A stretch of 64,000 bases of DNA from the human T2T-CHM13v2.0 reference genome, Homo sapiens: the NCBI RefSeq assembly GCF_009914755.1, contig NC_060935.1; one strand, written 5' to 3'. The notes below the pieces were generated by a model. The model saw only the letters and a list, made by a program, of their open reading frames with translations, searched no databases and had not been told where the DNA came from. Position 1 is the first letter of the stretch. Every line of letters begins with the position of its first letter. This document shows positions 36,601 through 49,483 of the stretch, piece after piece. Both the position numbers and the translations under genes were made by a program.

Positions 36601-39600
36601 AAACTACTTTGTGATGATTGCATTCGACTCACAGAGTTGAACATTCCTATAGAGAGAGCAGGTTGTAAACAATCTTTTTGTAGAATCTGAGATTGGAGAT
36701 TTGGACTGCTTTGAGGCCTACTGTAGTAAAGGAAATAACTTCATTTAAAAACCAAACGGAAGCATTCACAGACAATTCTTAGTGATCATTGGATTGAACT
36801 AACAGAGCTGAACATTCCTTTAGATGGCGCAGTTTCCAAACACACTTTCTGTAGAATCTGCAAGTGGATATTTGGACCTCTCTGAGGATTTCGTTGGAAA
36901 CGGGATAAACTTCCCAGAACTACACGGAAGCATTCTGAGAAACTTCTTTGTGATGTTTGCATTCAACTCACAGAGTTGAACCTTGCTTTCATAGTTCAGC
37001 TTTCAAACACTCTTTTTGTAGAATCTGCAAGTAGATATTTGGACCACTTTGTGGCCTTCCTTCGAAACGGGTATATCTTCACATCAAACCTAGACAGAAG
37101 CATTCTCAGAATGTTTCCTGTGATGACTGCATTCAACTCACAGAGGTGAACAATCCTGTTGATGGAGCAGTTTTGAAACTCTCTTTCTTTGGATTCTGCA
37201 TGTGGATATGTGGACCTCTGTGAAGATTTCGTTGGAAACGGGTTCATCTTCACAGAAAAACTAAACAGGAGCATTCTCAGAAACTGCTTTGTGATGTTTG
37301 TGTTCCACTTCAGGAATTGAACTTTCCTCTTGACAGAGTAGCTCTGAAACCCTCTTTTTCTAGAATCTGCAAGTGGACATTTGGAGGGCTTTGAGGCCTG
37401 TGGTGGAAAAGGAAAATCTTCACATAAAAACTAGATGGAAGCATTCTCAGAAACTACTTTGTGATGATTGCATTCGACTCACAGAGTTGAACATTCCTAT
37501 AGATAGAGCAGGTTGTAAACAATCTTTTTGTAGAATCTGCGATTGGAGATTTGGACTGCTTTGAGTCCTACTGTAGTAAAGGAAAGAACTTCATCTAAAA
37601 ACCAAACGGAAGCATTCACAGACAATTTTTAGTGATGATTTGATTGAACTAACAGAGCTGAACATGCCTTTAGATGGCGCAGTTTCCAAACACACTTTCT
37701 GTAGAATCTGCAAGTGGATATTTGGACCTCTCTGAGGATTTCGTTGGAAACGGGATAAACTTCCCAGAACTACACGGAAGCATTCTGAGAAACTTCTTTG
37801 TGATGTTTGCATTCAACTCACAGAGTTGAACCTTGCTTTCATAGTTCAGCTTTCAAACACTCTTTTTGTAGAATCTGCAAGTGGATATTTGGACCACTTT
37901 GTGGCCTTCCTTCGAAACGGGTATATCTTCACATCAAACCTAGACAGAAGCATTCTCAGAATGTTTCCTGTGATGACTGCATTCAACTCACAGAGGTGAA
38001 CAATCCTGTTGATGGAGCAGTTTTGAAACTGTCTTTCTTTGCATTCTGCAAGTGGATATGTGGACCTCTGTGAAGATTTCGTTGGAAACGGGTTCATCTT
38101 CACAGAAAAACTAAACAGGAGCATTCTCAGAAACTGCTTTGTGATGTTTGTGTTCCACTTCAGGAATTGAACTTTCCTCTTGATAGAGCAGCTCTGAAAC
38201 CCTCTTTTTCTAGAATCTGCAAGTGGACATTTGGAGGGCTTTGAGGCCTGTGGTGGAAAAGGAAAATCTTCACATAAAAACTAGATGGAAGCATTCTCAG
38301 AAACTACTTTGTGATGATTGCATTCGACTCACAGAGTTGAACATTCCTATAGATAGAGCAGGTTGTAAACAATCTTTTTGTAGAATCTGCGATTGGAGAT
38401 TTGGACTGCTTTGAGGCCTACTGTAGTAAAGGAAATAACTTCATCTAAAAACCAAACGGAAACATTCACGGACAATTCTTAGTGATCATTGGATTGAACT
38501 AACAGAGCTGAACATTCCTTTAGATGGCGCAGTTTCCAAACACACTTTCTGTAGAATCTGCAAGTGGATATTTGGACCTCTCTGAGGATTTCGTTGGAAA
38601 CGGGATAAACTTCCCTGAACTACACGGAAGCATTCTGAGAAACTTCTTTGTGATGTTTGCATTCAACTCACAGAGTTGAACCTTGCTTTCATAGTTCAGC
38701 TTTCAAACACTCTTTTTGTAGAATCTGCAAGTGGATATTTGGACCACTTTGTGGCCTTCCTTCGAAACGGGTATATCTTCACATCAAACCTAGACAGAAG
38801 CATTCTCAGAATGTTTCCTGTGATGACTGCATTCAACTCACAGAGGTGAACAATCCTGCTGATGGAGCAGTTTTGAAACTCTCTTTCTTTGGATTCTGCA
38901 AGTGGATATGTGGACCTCTGTGAAGATTTCGTTGGAAACGGGTTCATCTTCACATAAAAACTAAACAGGAGCATTCTCAGAAACTGCTTTGTGATGTTTG
39001 TGTTCCACTTCAGGAATTGAACTTTCCTCTTGACAGAGCAGCTCTGAAACCCTCTTTTTCTAGAATCTGCAAGTGGACATTTGGAGGGCTTTGAGGCCTG
39101 TGGTGGAAAAGGAAAATCTTCACATAAAAACTAGATGGAAGCATTCTCAGAAACTACTTTGCGATGATTGCATTCGACTCACAGAGTTGAACATTCCTAT
39201 AGATAGAGCAGGTTGTAAACAATCTTTTTGTAGAATCTGCGATTGGAGATTTGGACTGCTTTGAGGCCTACTGTAGTAAAGGAAAGAACTTCATCTAAAA
39301 ACCAAACGGAAGCATTCACAGACAATTCTTAGTGATCATTGGATTGAACTAACAGAGCTGAACATTCCTGTAGATGGAGCAGTTTCCAAACACACTTTCT
39401 GTAGAATCTGCAAGTGGATATTTGGACCTCTGTGAGGATTTCGTTGGAAACGGGATAAACTTCCCAGAACTACACGGAAGCATTCGGAGAAACTTCTTTG
39501 TGATATTTGCATTCAACTCACAGAGTTGAACCTTGCTTTCATAGTTCAGCTTTCAAACACTCTTTTTGTAGAATCTGCAAGTGGATATTTGGACCACTTT

Positions 39601-42600
39601 GTGGCCTTCCTTCGAAACGGGTATATCTTCACATCAAACCTAGATAGAAGCATTCTCAGAATGTTTCCTGTGATGACTGCATTCAACTCACAGAGGTGAA
39701 CAATCCTGCTGATGGAGCAGTTTTGAAACTCTCTTTCTTTGGATTCTGCAAGTGGATATGTGGACCTCTGTGAAGATTTCGTTGGAAACGGGTTCATCTT
39801 CACAGAAAAACTAAACAGGAGCATTCTCAGAAACTGCTTTGGGATGTTTGTGTTCCACTTCAGGAATTGAACTTTCCTCTTGACAGAGCAGCTCTGAAAC
39901 CCTCTTTTTCTAGAATCTGCAAGTGGACATTTGGAGGGCTTTGAGTCCTGTGGTGGAAAAGGAAAATCTTCACATAAAAACTAGATGGAAGCATTCTCAC
40001 AAACTACTTTGTGATGATTGCATTCGACTCACAGAGTTGAACATTCCTATAGATAGAGCAGGTTGTAAACAATCTTTTTGTAGAATCTGCGATTGGAGAT
40101 TTGGACTGCTTTGAGGCCTACTGTAGTAAAGGAAATAACTTCATCTAAAAACCAAACGGAAGCATTCACAGACAATTCTTAGTGATCATTGGATTGAACT
40201 AACAGAGCTGAACATTCCTTTAGATGGCGGAGTTTCCAAACACACTTTCTGTAGAATCTGCCACTGGATATTTGGACCTCTCTGAGGATTTCGTTGGAAA
40301 TGGGATAAACATCCCAGAACTACACGGAAGCATTCTGAGAAACTTCTTTGTGATGTTTGCATTCAACTCACAGAGTTGAACCTTGCTTTCATAGTTCAGC
40401 TTTCAAACACTCTTTTTGTAGAATCTGCAAGTGGATATTTGGACCACTTTGTGGCCTTCCTTCGAAACGGGTATATCTTCACATCAAACCTAGACAGAAG
40501 CATTCTCAGAATGTTTCCTGTGATGACTGCATTCAACTCACAGAGGTGAACAATCCTGCTGATGGAGCAGTTTTGAAACTCTCTTTCTTTGGATTCTGCA
40601 AGTGGATATGTGGACCTCTGTGAAGATTTCGTTGGAAACGGGTTCATCTTCACAGAAAAACTAAACAGGAGCATTCTCAGAAACTGCTTTGTGATGTTTG
40701 TGTTCCACTTCAGGAATTGAACTTTCCTCTTGACAGTGCAGCTCTGAAACCCTCTTTTTCTAGAATCTGCAAGTGGACATTTGGAGGGCTTTGAGGCCTG
40801 TGGTGGAAAAGGAAAATCTTCACATAAAAACTAGATGGAAGCATTCTCAGAAACTACTTTGTGATGATTGCATTCGACTCACAGAGTTGAACATTCCTAT
40901 AGATAGAGCAGGTTGTAAACAATCTTTTTGTAGAATCTGCGATTGGAGATTTGGACTGCTTTGAGGCCTACTGTAGTAAAGGAAATAACTTCATCTAAAA
41001 ACCAAACAGAAGCATTCACAGACAATTCTTAGTGATCATTGGATTGAACTAACAGAGCTGAACATTCCTTTAGATGGCGCAGATTCCAAACACACTTTCT
41101 GTAGAATCTGCAAGTGGATATTTGGACCTCTCTGAGGATTTCGTTGGAAACGGGATAAACTACCCAGAACTACACGAAAGCATTCTGAGAAACTTCTTTG
41201 TGATGTTTGCATTCAACTCACAGACTTGAACCTTGCTTTCATAGTTCAGCTTTCAAATACTCTTTTTGTAGAATCTGCAAGTGGATATTTGGACCACTTT
41301 GTGGCCTTCCTTCGAAACGGGTATATCTTCACATCAAACCTAGACAGAAGCATTCTCAGAATGTTTCCTGTGATGACTGCATTCAACTCACAGAGGTGAA
41401 CCATCCTGTTGATGGGGCAGTTTTGAAACTTCCTTTCTTTGGATTCTGCAAGTGGATATGTGGACCTCTGTGAAGATTTCGTTGGAAACGGGTTCATCTT
41501 CACAGAAAAATTAACAGGAGCATTCTCACAAACTGCTTTGTGAGTTTTGTGTTCCACTTCAGGAATTGAACTTTCCTCTTGACAGAGCAGCTCTGAAACC
41601 CTCTTTTTCTAGAATCTGCAAGTGGACATTTGGAGGGCTTTGAGGCCTGTGGTGGAAAAGGAAAATCTTCACATAAAAACTAGATGGAAGCATTCTCAGA
41701 AACTACTTTGTGATGATTGCATTCGACTCACAGAGTTGAACATTCCTATAGATAGAGCAGGTTGTAAACAATCTTTTTGTAGAATCTGCGATTGGAGATT
41801 TGGACTGCTTTGAGGCCTACTGTAGTAAAGGAAATAACTTCATTTAAAAACCAAACGGAAGCATTCACAGACAATTCTTAGTGATCATTGGATTGAACTA
41901 ACAGAGCTGAACATTCCTTTAGATGGCGCAGTTTCCAAACACACTTTCTGTAGAATCTGCAAGGGGATATTTGGACCTCTCTGAGGATTTCGTTGGAAAC
42001 GGGATAAACTTCCCAGAACTACACGGAAGCATTCTGAGAAACTTCTTTGTGATGTTTGCATTCAACTCACAGAGTTGAACCTTGCTTTCATAGTTCAGCT
42101 TTCAAACACTCTTTTTGTAGAATCTGCAAGTGGATATTTGGACCACTTTGTGGCCTTCCTTCGAAACGGGTATATCTTCACATCAAACCTAGACAGAAGC
42201 ATTCTCAGAATGTTTCCTGTGATGACTGCATTCAACTCACAGAGGTGAACAATCCTGCTGATGGAGCAGTTTTGAAACTCTCTTTCTTTGGATTCTGCAA
42301 GTGGATATGTGGACCTCTGTGAAGATTTCGTTGGAAACGGGTTCATCTTCACAGAAAAACTAAACAGGAGCATTCTCAGAAACTGCTTTGTGATGTTTGT
42401 GTTCCACTTCAGGAATTGAACTTTCCTCTTGACAGAGCAGCTCTGAAACCCTCTTTTTCTAGAATCTGCAAGTGGACATTTGGAGGGCTTTGAGGCCTGT
42501 GGTGGAAAAGGAAAATCTTCACATAAAAACTAGATGGAAGCATTCTCAGAAACTACTTTGTGATGATTGCATTCGACTCACAGAGTTGAACATTCCTATA

Positions 42601-45600
42601 GATAGAGCAGGTTGTAAACAATCTTTTTGTAGAATCTGCGATTGGAGATTTGGACTGCTTTGAGGCCTACTGTAGTAAAGGAAAGAACTTCATCTAAAAA
42701 CCAAACGGAAGCATTCACAGACAATTCTTAGTGATCATTGGATTGAACTAACAGAGCTGAACATTCCTGTAGATGGAGCAGTTTCCAAACACACTTTCTG
42801 TAGAATCTGCAAGTGGATATTTGGACCTCTGTGAGGATTTCGTTGGAAACGGGATAAACTTCCCAGAACTACACGGAAGCATTCGGAGAAACTTCTTTGT
42901 GATATTTGCATTCAACTCACAGAGTTGAACCTTGCTTTCATAGTTCAGCTTTCAAACACTCTTTTTGTAGAATCTGCAAGTGGATATTTGGACCACTTTG
43001 TGGCCTTCCTTCGAAACGGGTATATCTTCACATCAAACCTAGATAGAAGCATTCTCAGAATGTTTCCTGTGATGACTGCATTCAACTCACAGAGGTGAAC
43101 AATCCTGCTGATGGAGCAGTTTTGAAACTCTCTTTCTTTGGATTCTGCAAGTGGATATGTGGACCTCTGTGAAGATTTCGTTGGAAACGGGTTCATCTTC
43201 ACAGAAAAACTAAACAGGAGCATTCTCAGAAACTGCTTTGGGATGTTTGTGTTCCACTTCAAGAATTGAACTTTCCTCTTGACAGAGCAGCTCTGAAACC
43301 CTCTTTTTCTAGAATCTGCAAGTGGACATTTGGAGGGCTTTGAGTCCTGTGGTGGAAAAGGAAAATCTTCACATAAAAACTAGATGGAAGCATTCTCACA
43401 AACTACTTTGTGATGATTGCATTCGACTCACAGAGTTGAACATTCCTATAGAGAGAGCAGGTTGTAAACAATCTTTTTGTAGAATCTGAGATTGGAGATT
43501 TGGACTGCTTTGAGGCCTACTGTAGTAAAGGAAATAACTTCATTTAAAAACCAAACGGAAGCATTCACAGACAATTCTTAGTGATCATTGGATTGAACTA
43601 ACAGAGCTGAACATTCCTTTAGATGGCGCAGTTTCCAAACACACTTTCTGTAGAATCTGCAAGTGGATATTTGGACCTCTCTGAGGATTTCGTTGGAAAC
43701 GGGATAAACTTCCCAGAACTACACGGAAGCATTCTGAGAAACTTCTTTGTGATGTTTGCATTCAACTCACAGAGTTGAACCTTGCTTTCATAGTTCAGCT
43801 TTCAAACACTCTTTTTGTAGAATCTGCAAGTAGATATTTGGACCACTTTGTGGCCTTCCTTCGAAACGGGTATATCTTCACATCAAACCTAGACAGAAGC
43901 ATTCTCAGAATGTTTCCTGTGATGACTGCATTCAACTCACAGAGGTGAACAATCCTGTTGATGGAGCAGTTTTGAAACTCTCTTTCTTTGGATTCTGCAT
44001 GTGGATATGTGGACCTCTGTGAAGATTTCGTTGGAAACGGGTTCATCTTCACAGAAAAACTAAACAGGAGCATTCTCAGAAACTGCTTTGTGATGTTTGT
44101 GTTCCACTTCAGGAATTGAACTTTCCTCTTGACAGAGTAGCTCTGAAACCCTCTTTTTCTAGAATCTGCAAGTGGACATTTGGAGGGCTTTGAGGCCTGT
44201 GGTGGAAAAGGAAAATCTTCACATAAAAACTAGATGGAAGCATTCTCAGAAACTACTTTGTGATGATTGCATTCGACTCACAGAGTTGAACATTCCTATA
44301 GATAGAGCAGGTTGTAAACAATCTTTTTGTAGAATCTGCGATTGGAGATTTGGACTGCTTTGAGTCCTACTGTAGTAAAGGAAAGAACTTCATCTAAAAA
44401 CCAAACGGAAGCATTCACAGACAATTTTTAGTGATGATTTGATTGAACTAACAGAGCTGAACATGCCTTTAGATGGCGCAGTTTCCAAACACACTTTCTG
44501 TAGAATCTGCAAGTGGATATTTGGACCTCTCTGAGGATTTCGTTGGAAACGGGATAAACTTCCCAGAACTACACGGAAGCATTCTGAGAAACTTCTTTGT
44601 GATGTTTGCATTCAACTCACAGAGTTGAACCTTGCTTTCATAGTTCAGCTTTCAAACACTCTTTTTGTAGAATCTGCAAGTGGATATTTGGACCACTTTG
44701 TGGCCTTCCTTCGAAACGGGTATATCTTCACATCAAACCTAGACAGAAGCATTCTCAGAATGTTTCCTGTGATGACTGCATTCAACTCACAGAGGTGAAC
44801 AATCCTGTTGATGGAGCAGTTTTGAAACTGTCTTTCTTTGCATTCTGCAAGTGGATATGTGGACCTCTGTGAAGATTTCGTTGGAAACGGGTTCATCTTC
44901 ACAGAAAAACTAAACAGGAGCATTCTCAGAAACTGCTTTGTGATGTTTGTGTTCCACTTCAGGAATTGAACTTTCCTCTTGATAGAGCAGCTCTGAAACC
45001 CTCTTTTTCTAGAATCTGCAAGTGGACATTTGGAGGGCTTTGAGGCCTGTGGTGGAAAAGGAAAATCTTCACATAAAAACTAGATGGAAGCATTCTCAGA
45101 AACTACTTTGTGATGATTGCATTCGACTCACAGAGTTGAACATTCCTATAGATAGAGCAGGTTGTAAACAATCTTTTTGTAGAATCTGCGATTGGAGATT
45201 TGGACTGCTTTGAGGCCTACTGTAGTAAAGGAAATAACTTCATCTAAAAACCAAACGGAAACATTCACGGACAATTCTTAGTGATCATTGGATTGAACTA
45301 ACAGAGCTGAACATTCCTTTAGATGGCGCAGTTTCCAAACACACTTTCTGTAGAATCTGCAAGTGGATATTTGGACCTCTCTGAGGATTTCGTTGGAAAC
45401 GGGATAAACTTCCCTGAACTACACGGAAGCATTCTGAGAAACTTCTTTGTGATGTTTGCATTCAACTCACAGAGTTGAACCTTGCTTTCATAGTTCAGCT
45501 TTCAAACACTCTTTTTGTAGAATCTGCAAGTGGATATTTGGACCACTTTGTGGCCTTCCTTCGAAACGGGTATATCTTCACATCAAACCTAGACAGAAGC

Positions 45601-48600
45601 ATTCTCAGAATGTTTCCTGTGATGACTGCATTCAACTCACAGAGGTGAACAATCCTGCTGATGGAGCAGTTTTGAAACTCTCTTTCTTTGGATTCTGCAA
45701 GTGGATATGTGGACCTCTGTGAAGATTTCGTTGGAAACGGGTTCATCTTCACAGAAAAACTAAACAGGAGCATTCTCAGAAACTGCTTTGTGATGTTTGT
45801 GTTCCACTTCAGGAATTGAACTTTCCTCTTGACAGAGCAGCTCTGAAACCCTCTTTTTCTAGAATCTGCAAGTGGACATTTGGAGGGCTTTGAGGCCTGT
45901 GGTGGAAAAGGAAAATCTTCACATAAAAACTAGATGGAAGCATTCTCAGAAACTACTTTGCGATGATTGCATTCGACTCACAGAGTTGAACATTCCTATA
46001 GATAGAGCAGGTTGTAAACAATCTTTTTGTAGAATCTGCGATTGGAGATTTGGACTGCTTTGAGGCCTACTGTAGTAAAGGAAATAACTTCATCTAAAAA
46101 CCAAACGGAAGCATTCACAGACAATTCTTAGTGATCATTGGATTGAACTAACAGAGCTGAACATTCCTGTAGATGGAGCAGTTTCCAAACACACTTTCTG
46201 TAGAATCTGCAAGTGGATATTTGGACCTCTGTGAGGATTTCGTTGGAAACGGGATAAACTTCCCAGAACTACACGGAAGCATTCGGAGAAACTTCTTTGT
46301 GATATTTGCATTCAACTCACAGAGTTGAACCTTGCTTTCATAGTTCAGCTTTCAAACACTCTTTTTGTAGAATCTGCAAGTGGATATTTGGACCACTTTG
46401 TGGCCTTCCTTCGAAACGGGTATATCTTCACATCAAACCTAGATAGAAGCATTCTCAGAATGTTTCCTGTGATGACTGCATTCAACTCACAGAGGTGAAC
46501 AATCCTGCTGATGGAGCAGTTTTGAAACTCTCTTTCTTTGGATTCTGCAAGTGGATATGTGGACCTCTGTGAAGATTTCGTTGGAAACGGGTTCATCTTC
46601 ACAGAAAAACTAAACAGGAGCATTCTCAGAAACTGCTTTGGGATGTTTGTGTTCCACTTCAGGAATTGAACTTTCCTCTTGACAGAGCAGCTCTGAAACC
46701 CTCTTTTTCTAGAATCTGCAAGTGGACATTTGGAGGGCTTTGAGTCCTGTGGTGGAAAAGGAAAATCTTCACATAAAAACTAGATGGAAGCATTCTCACA
46801 AACTACTTTGTGATGATTGCATTCGACTCACAGAGTTGAACATTCCTATAGATAGAGCAGGTTGTAAACAATCTTTTTGTAGAATCTGCGATTGGAGATT
46901 TGGACTGCTTTGAGGCCTACTGTAGTAAAGGAAATAACTTCATCTAAAAACCAAACGGAAGCATTCACAGACAATTCTTAGTGATCATTGGATTGAACTA
47001 ACAGAGCTGAACATTCCTTTAGATGGCGCAGTTTCCAAACACACTTTCTGTAGAATCTGCCACTGGATATTTGGACCTCTCTGAGGATTTCGTTGGAAAT
47101 GGGATAAACATCCCAGAACTACACGGAAGCATTCTGAGAAACTTCTTTGTGATGTTTGCATTCAACTCACAGAGTTGAACCTTGCTTTCATAGTTCAGCT
47201 TTCAAACACTCTTTTTGTAGAATCTGCAAGTGGATATTTGGACCACTTTGTGGCCTTCCTTCGAAACGGGTATATCTTCACATCAAACCTAGACAGAAGC
47301 ATTCTCAGAATGTTTCCTGTGATGACTGCATTCAACTCACAGAGGTGAACAATCCTGCTGATGGAGCAGTTTTGAAACTCTCTTTCTTTGGATTCTGCAA
47401 GTGGATATGTGGACCTCTGTGAAGATTTCGTTGGAAACGGGTTCATCTTCACAGAAAAACTAAACAGGAGCATTCTCAGAAACTGCTTTGTGATGTTTGT
47501 GTTCCACTTCAGGAATTGAACTTTCCTCTTGACAGTGCAGCTCTGAAACCCTCTTTTTCTAGAATCTGCAAGTGGACATTTGGAGGGCTTTGAGGCCTGT
47601 GGTGGAAAAGGAAAATCTTCACATAAAAACTAGATGGAAGCATTCTCAGAAACTACTTTGTGATGATTGCATTCGACTCACAGAGTTGAACATTCCTATA
47701 GATAGAGCAGGTTGTAAACAATCTTTTTGTAGAATCTGCGATTGGAGATTTGGACTGCTTTGAGGCCTACTGTAGTAAAGGAAATAACTTCATCTAAAAA
47801 CCAAACAGAAGCATTCACAGACAATTCTTAGTGATCATTGGATTGAACTAACAGAGCTGAACATTCCTTTAGATGGCGCAGATTCCAAACACACTTTCTG
47901 TAGAATCTGCAAGTGGATATTTGGACCTCTCTGAGGATTTCGTTGGAAACGGGATAAACTACCCAGAACTACACGAAAGCATTCTGAGAAACTTCTTTGT
48001 GATGTTTGCATTCAACTCACAGACTTGAACCTTGCTTTCATAGTTCAGCTTTCAAATACTCTTTTTGTAGAATCTGCAAGTGGATATTTGGACCACTTTG
48101 TGGCCTTCCTTCGAAACGGGTATATCTTCACATCAAACCTAGACAGAAGCATTCTCAGAATGTTTCCTGTGATGACTGCATTCAACTCACAGAGGTGAAC
48201 CATCCTGTTGATGGGGCAGTTTTGAAACTTCCTTTCTTTGGATTCTGCAAGTGGATATGTGGACCTCTGTGAAGATTTCGTTGGAAACGGGTTCATCTTC
48301 ACAGAAAAATTAACAGGAGCATTCTCACAAACTGCTTTGTGAGTTTTGTGTTCCACTTCAGGAATTGAACTTTCCTCTTGACAGAGCAGCTCTGAAACCC
48401 TCTTTTTCTAGAATCTGCAAGTGGACATTTGGAGGGCTTTGAGGCCTGTGGTGGAAAAGGAAAATCTTCACATAAAAACTAGATGGAAGCATTCTCAGAA
48501 ACTACTTTGTGATGATTGCATTCGACTCACAGAGTTGAACATTCCTATAGATAGAGCAGGTTGTAAACAATCTTTTTGTAGAATCTGCGATTGGAGATTT

Positions 48601-49483
48601 GGACTGCTTTGAGGCCTACTGTAGTAAAGGAAATAACTTCATTTAAAAACCAAACGGAAGCATTCACAGACAATTCTTAGTGATCATTGGATTGAACTAA
48701 CAGAGCTGAACATTCCTTTAGATGGCGCAGTTTCCAAACACACTTTCTGTAGAATCTGCAAGGGGATATTTGGACCTCTCTGAGGATTTCGTTGGAAACG
48801 GGATAAACTTCCCAGAACTACACGGAAGCATTCTGAGAAACTTCTTTGTGATGTTTGCATTCAACTCACAGAGTTGAACCTTGCTTTCATAGTTCAGCTT
48901 TCAAACACTCTTTTTGTAGAATCTGCAAGTGGATATTTGGACCACTTTGTGGCCTTCCTTCGAAACGGGTATATCTTCACATCAAACCTAGACAGAAGCA
49001 TTCTCAGAATGTTTCCTGTGATGACTGCATTCAACTCACAGAGGTGAACAATCCTGCTGATGGAGCAGTTTTGAAACTCTCTTTCTTTGGATTCTGCAAG
49101 TGGATATGTGGACCTCTGTGAAGATTTCGTTGGAAACGGGTTCATCTTCACAGAAAAACTAAACAGGAGCATTCTCAGAAACTGCTTTGTGATGTTTGTG
49201 TTCCACTTCAGGAATTGAACTTTCCTCTTGACAGAGCAGCTCTGAAACCCTCTTTTTCTAGAATCTGCAAGTGGACATTTGGAGGGCTTTGAGGCCTGTG
49301 GTGGAAAAGGAAAATCTTCACATAAAAACTAGATGGAAGCATTCTCAGAAACTACTTTGTGATGATTGCATTCGACTCACAGAGTTGAACATTCCTATAG
49401 ATAGAGCAGGTTGTAAACAATCTTTTTGTAGAATCTGCGATTGGAGATTTGGACTGCTTTGAGGCCTACTGTAGTAAAGGAAA
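36601..49483 (+). repeat. Duplication at 6799-bp (8-HOR) offset: about 36601-42684 vs 43400-49483
   Basis: Matching variant ORFs 36996/43795, 37807/44606, 39546/46345, 41207/48006 and 41246/48045. Shared 1-bp deletion at ~41511/48310. Confidence 0.92.
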
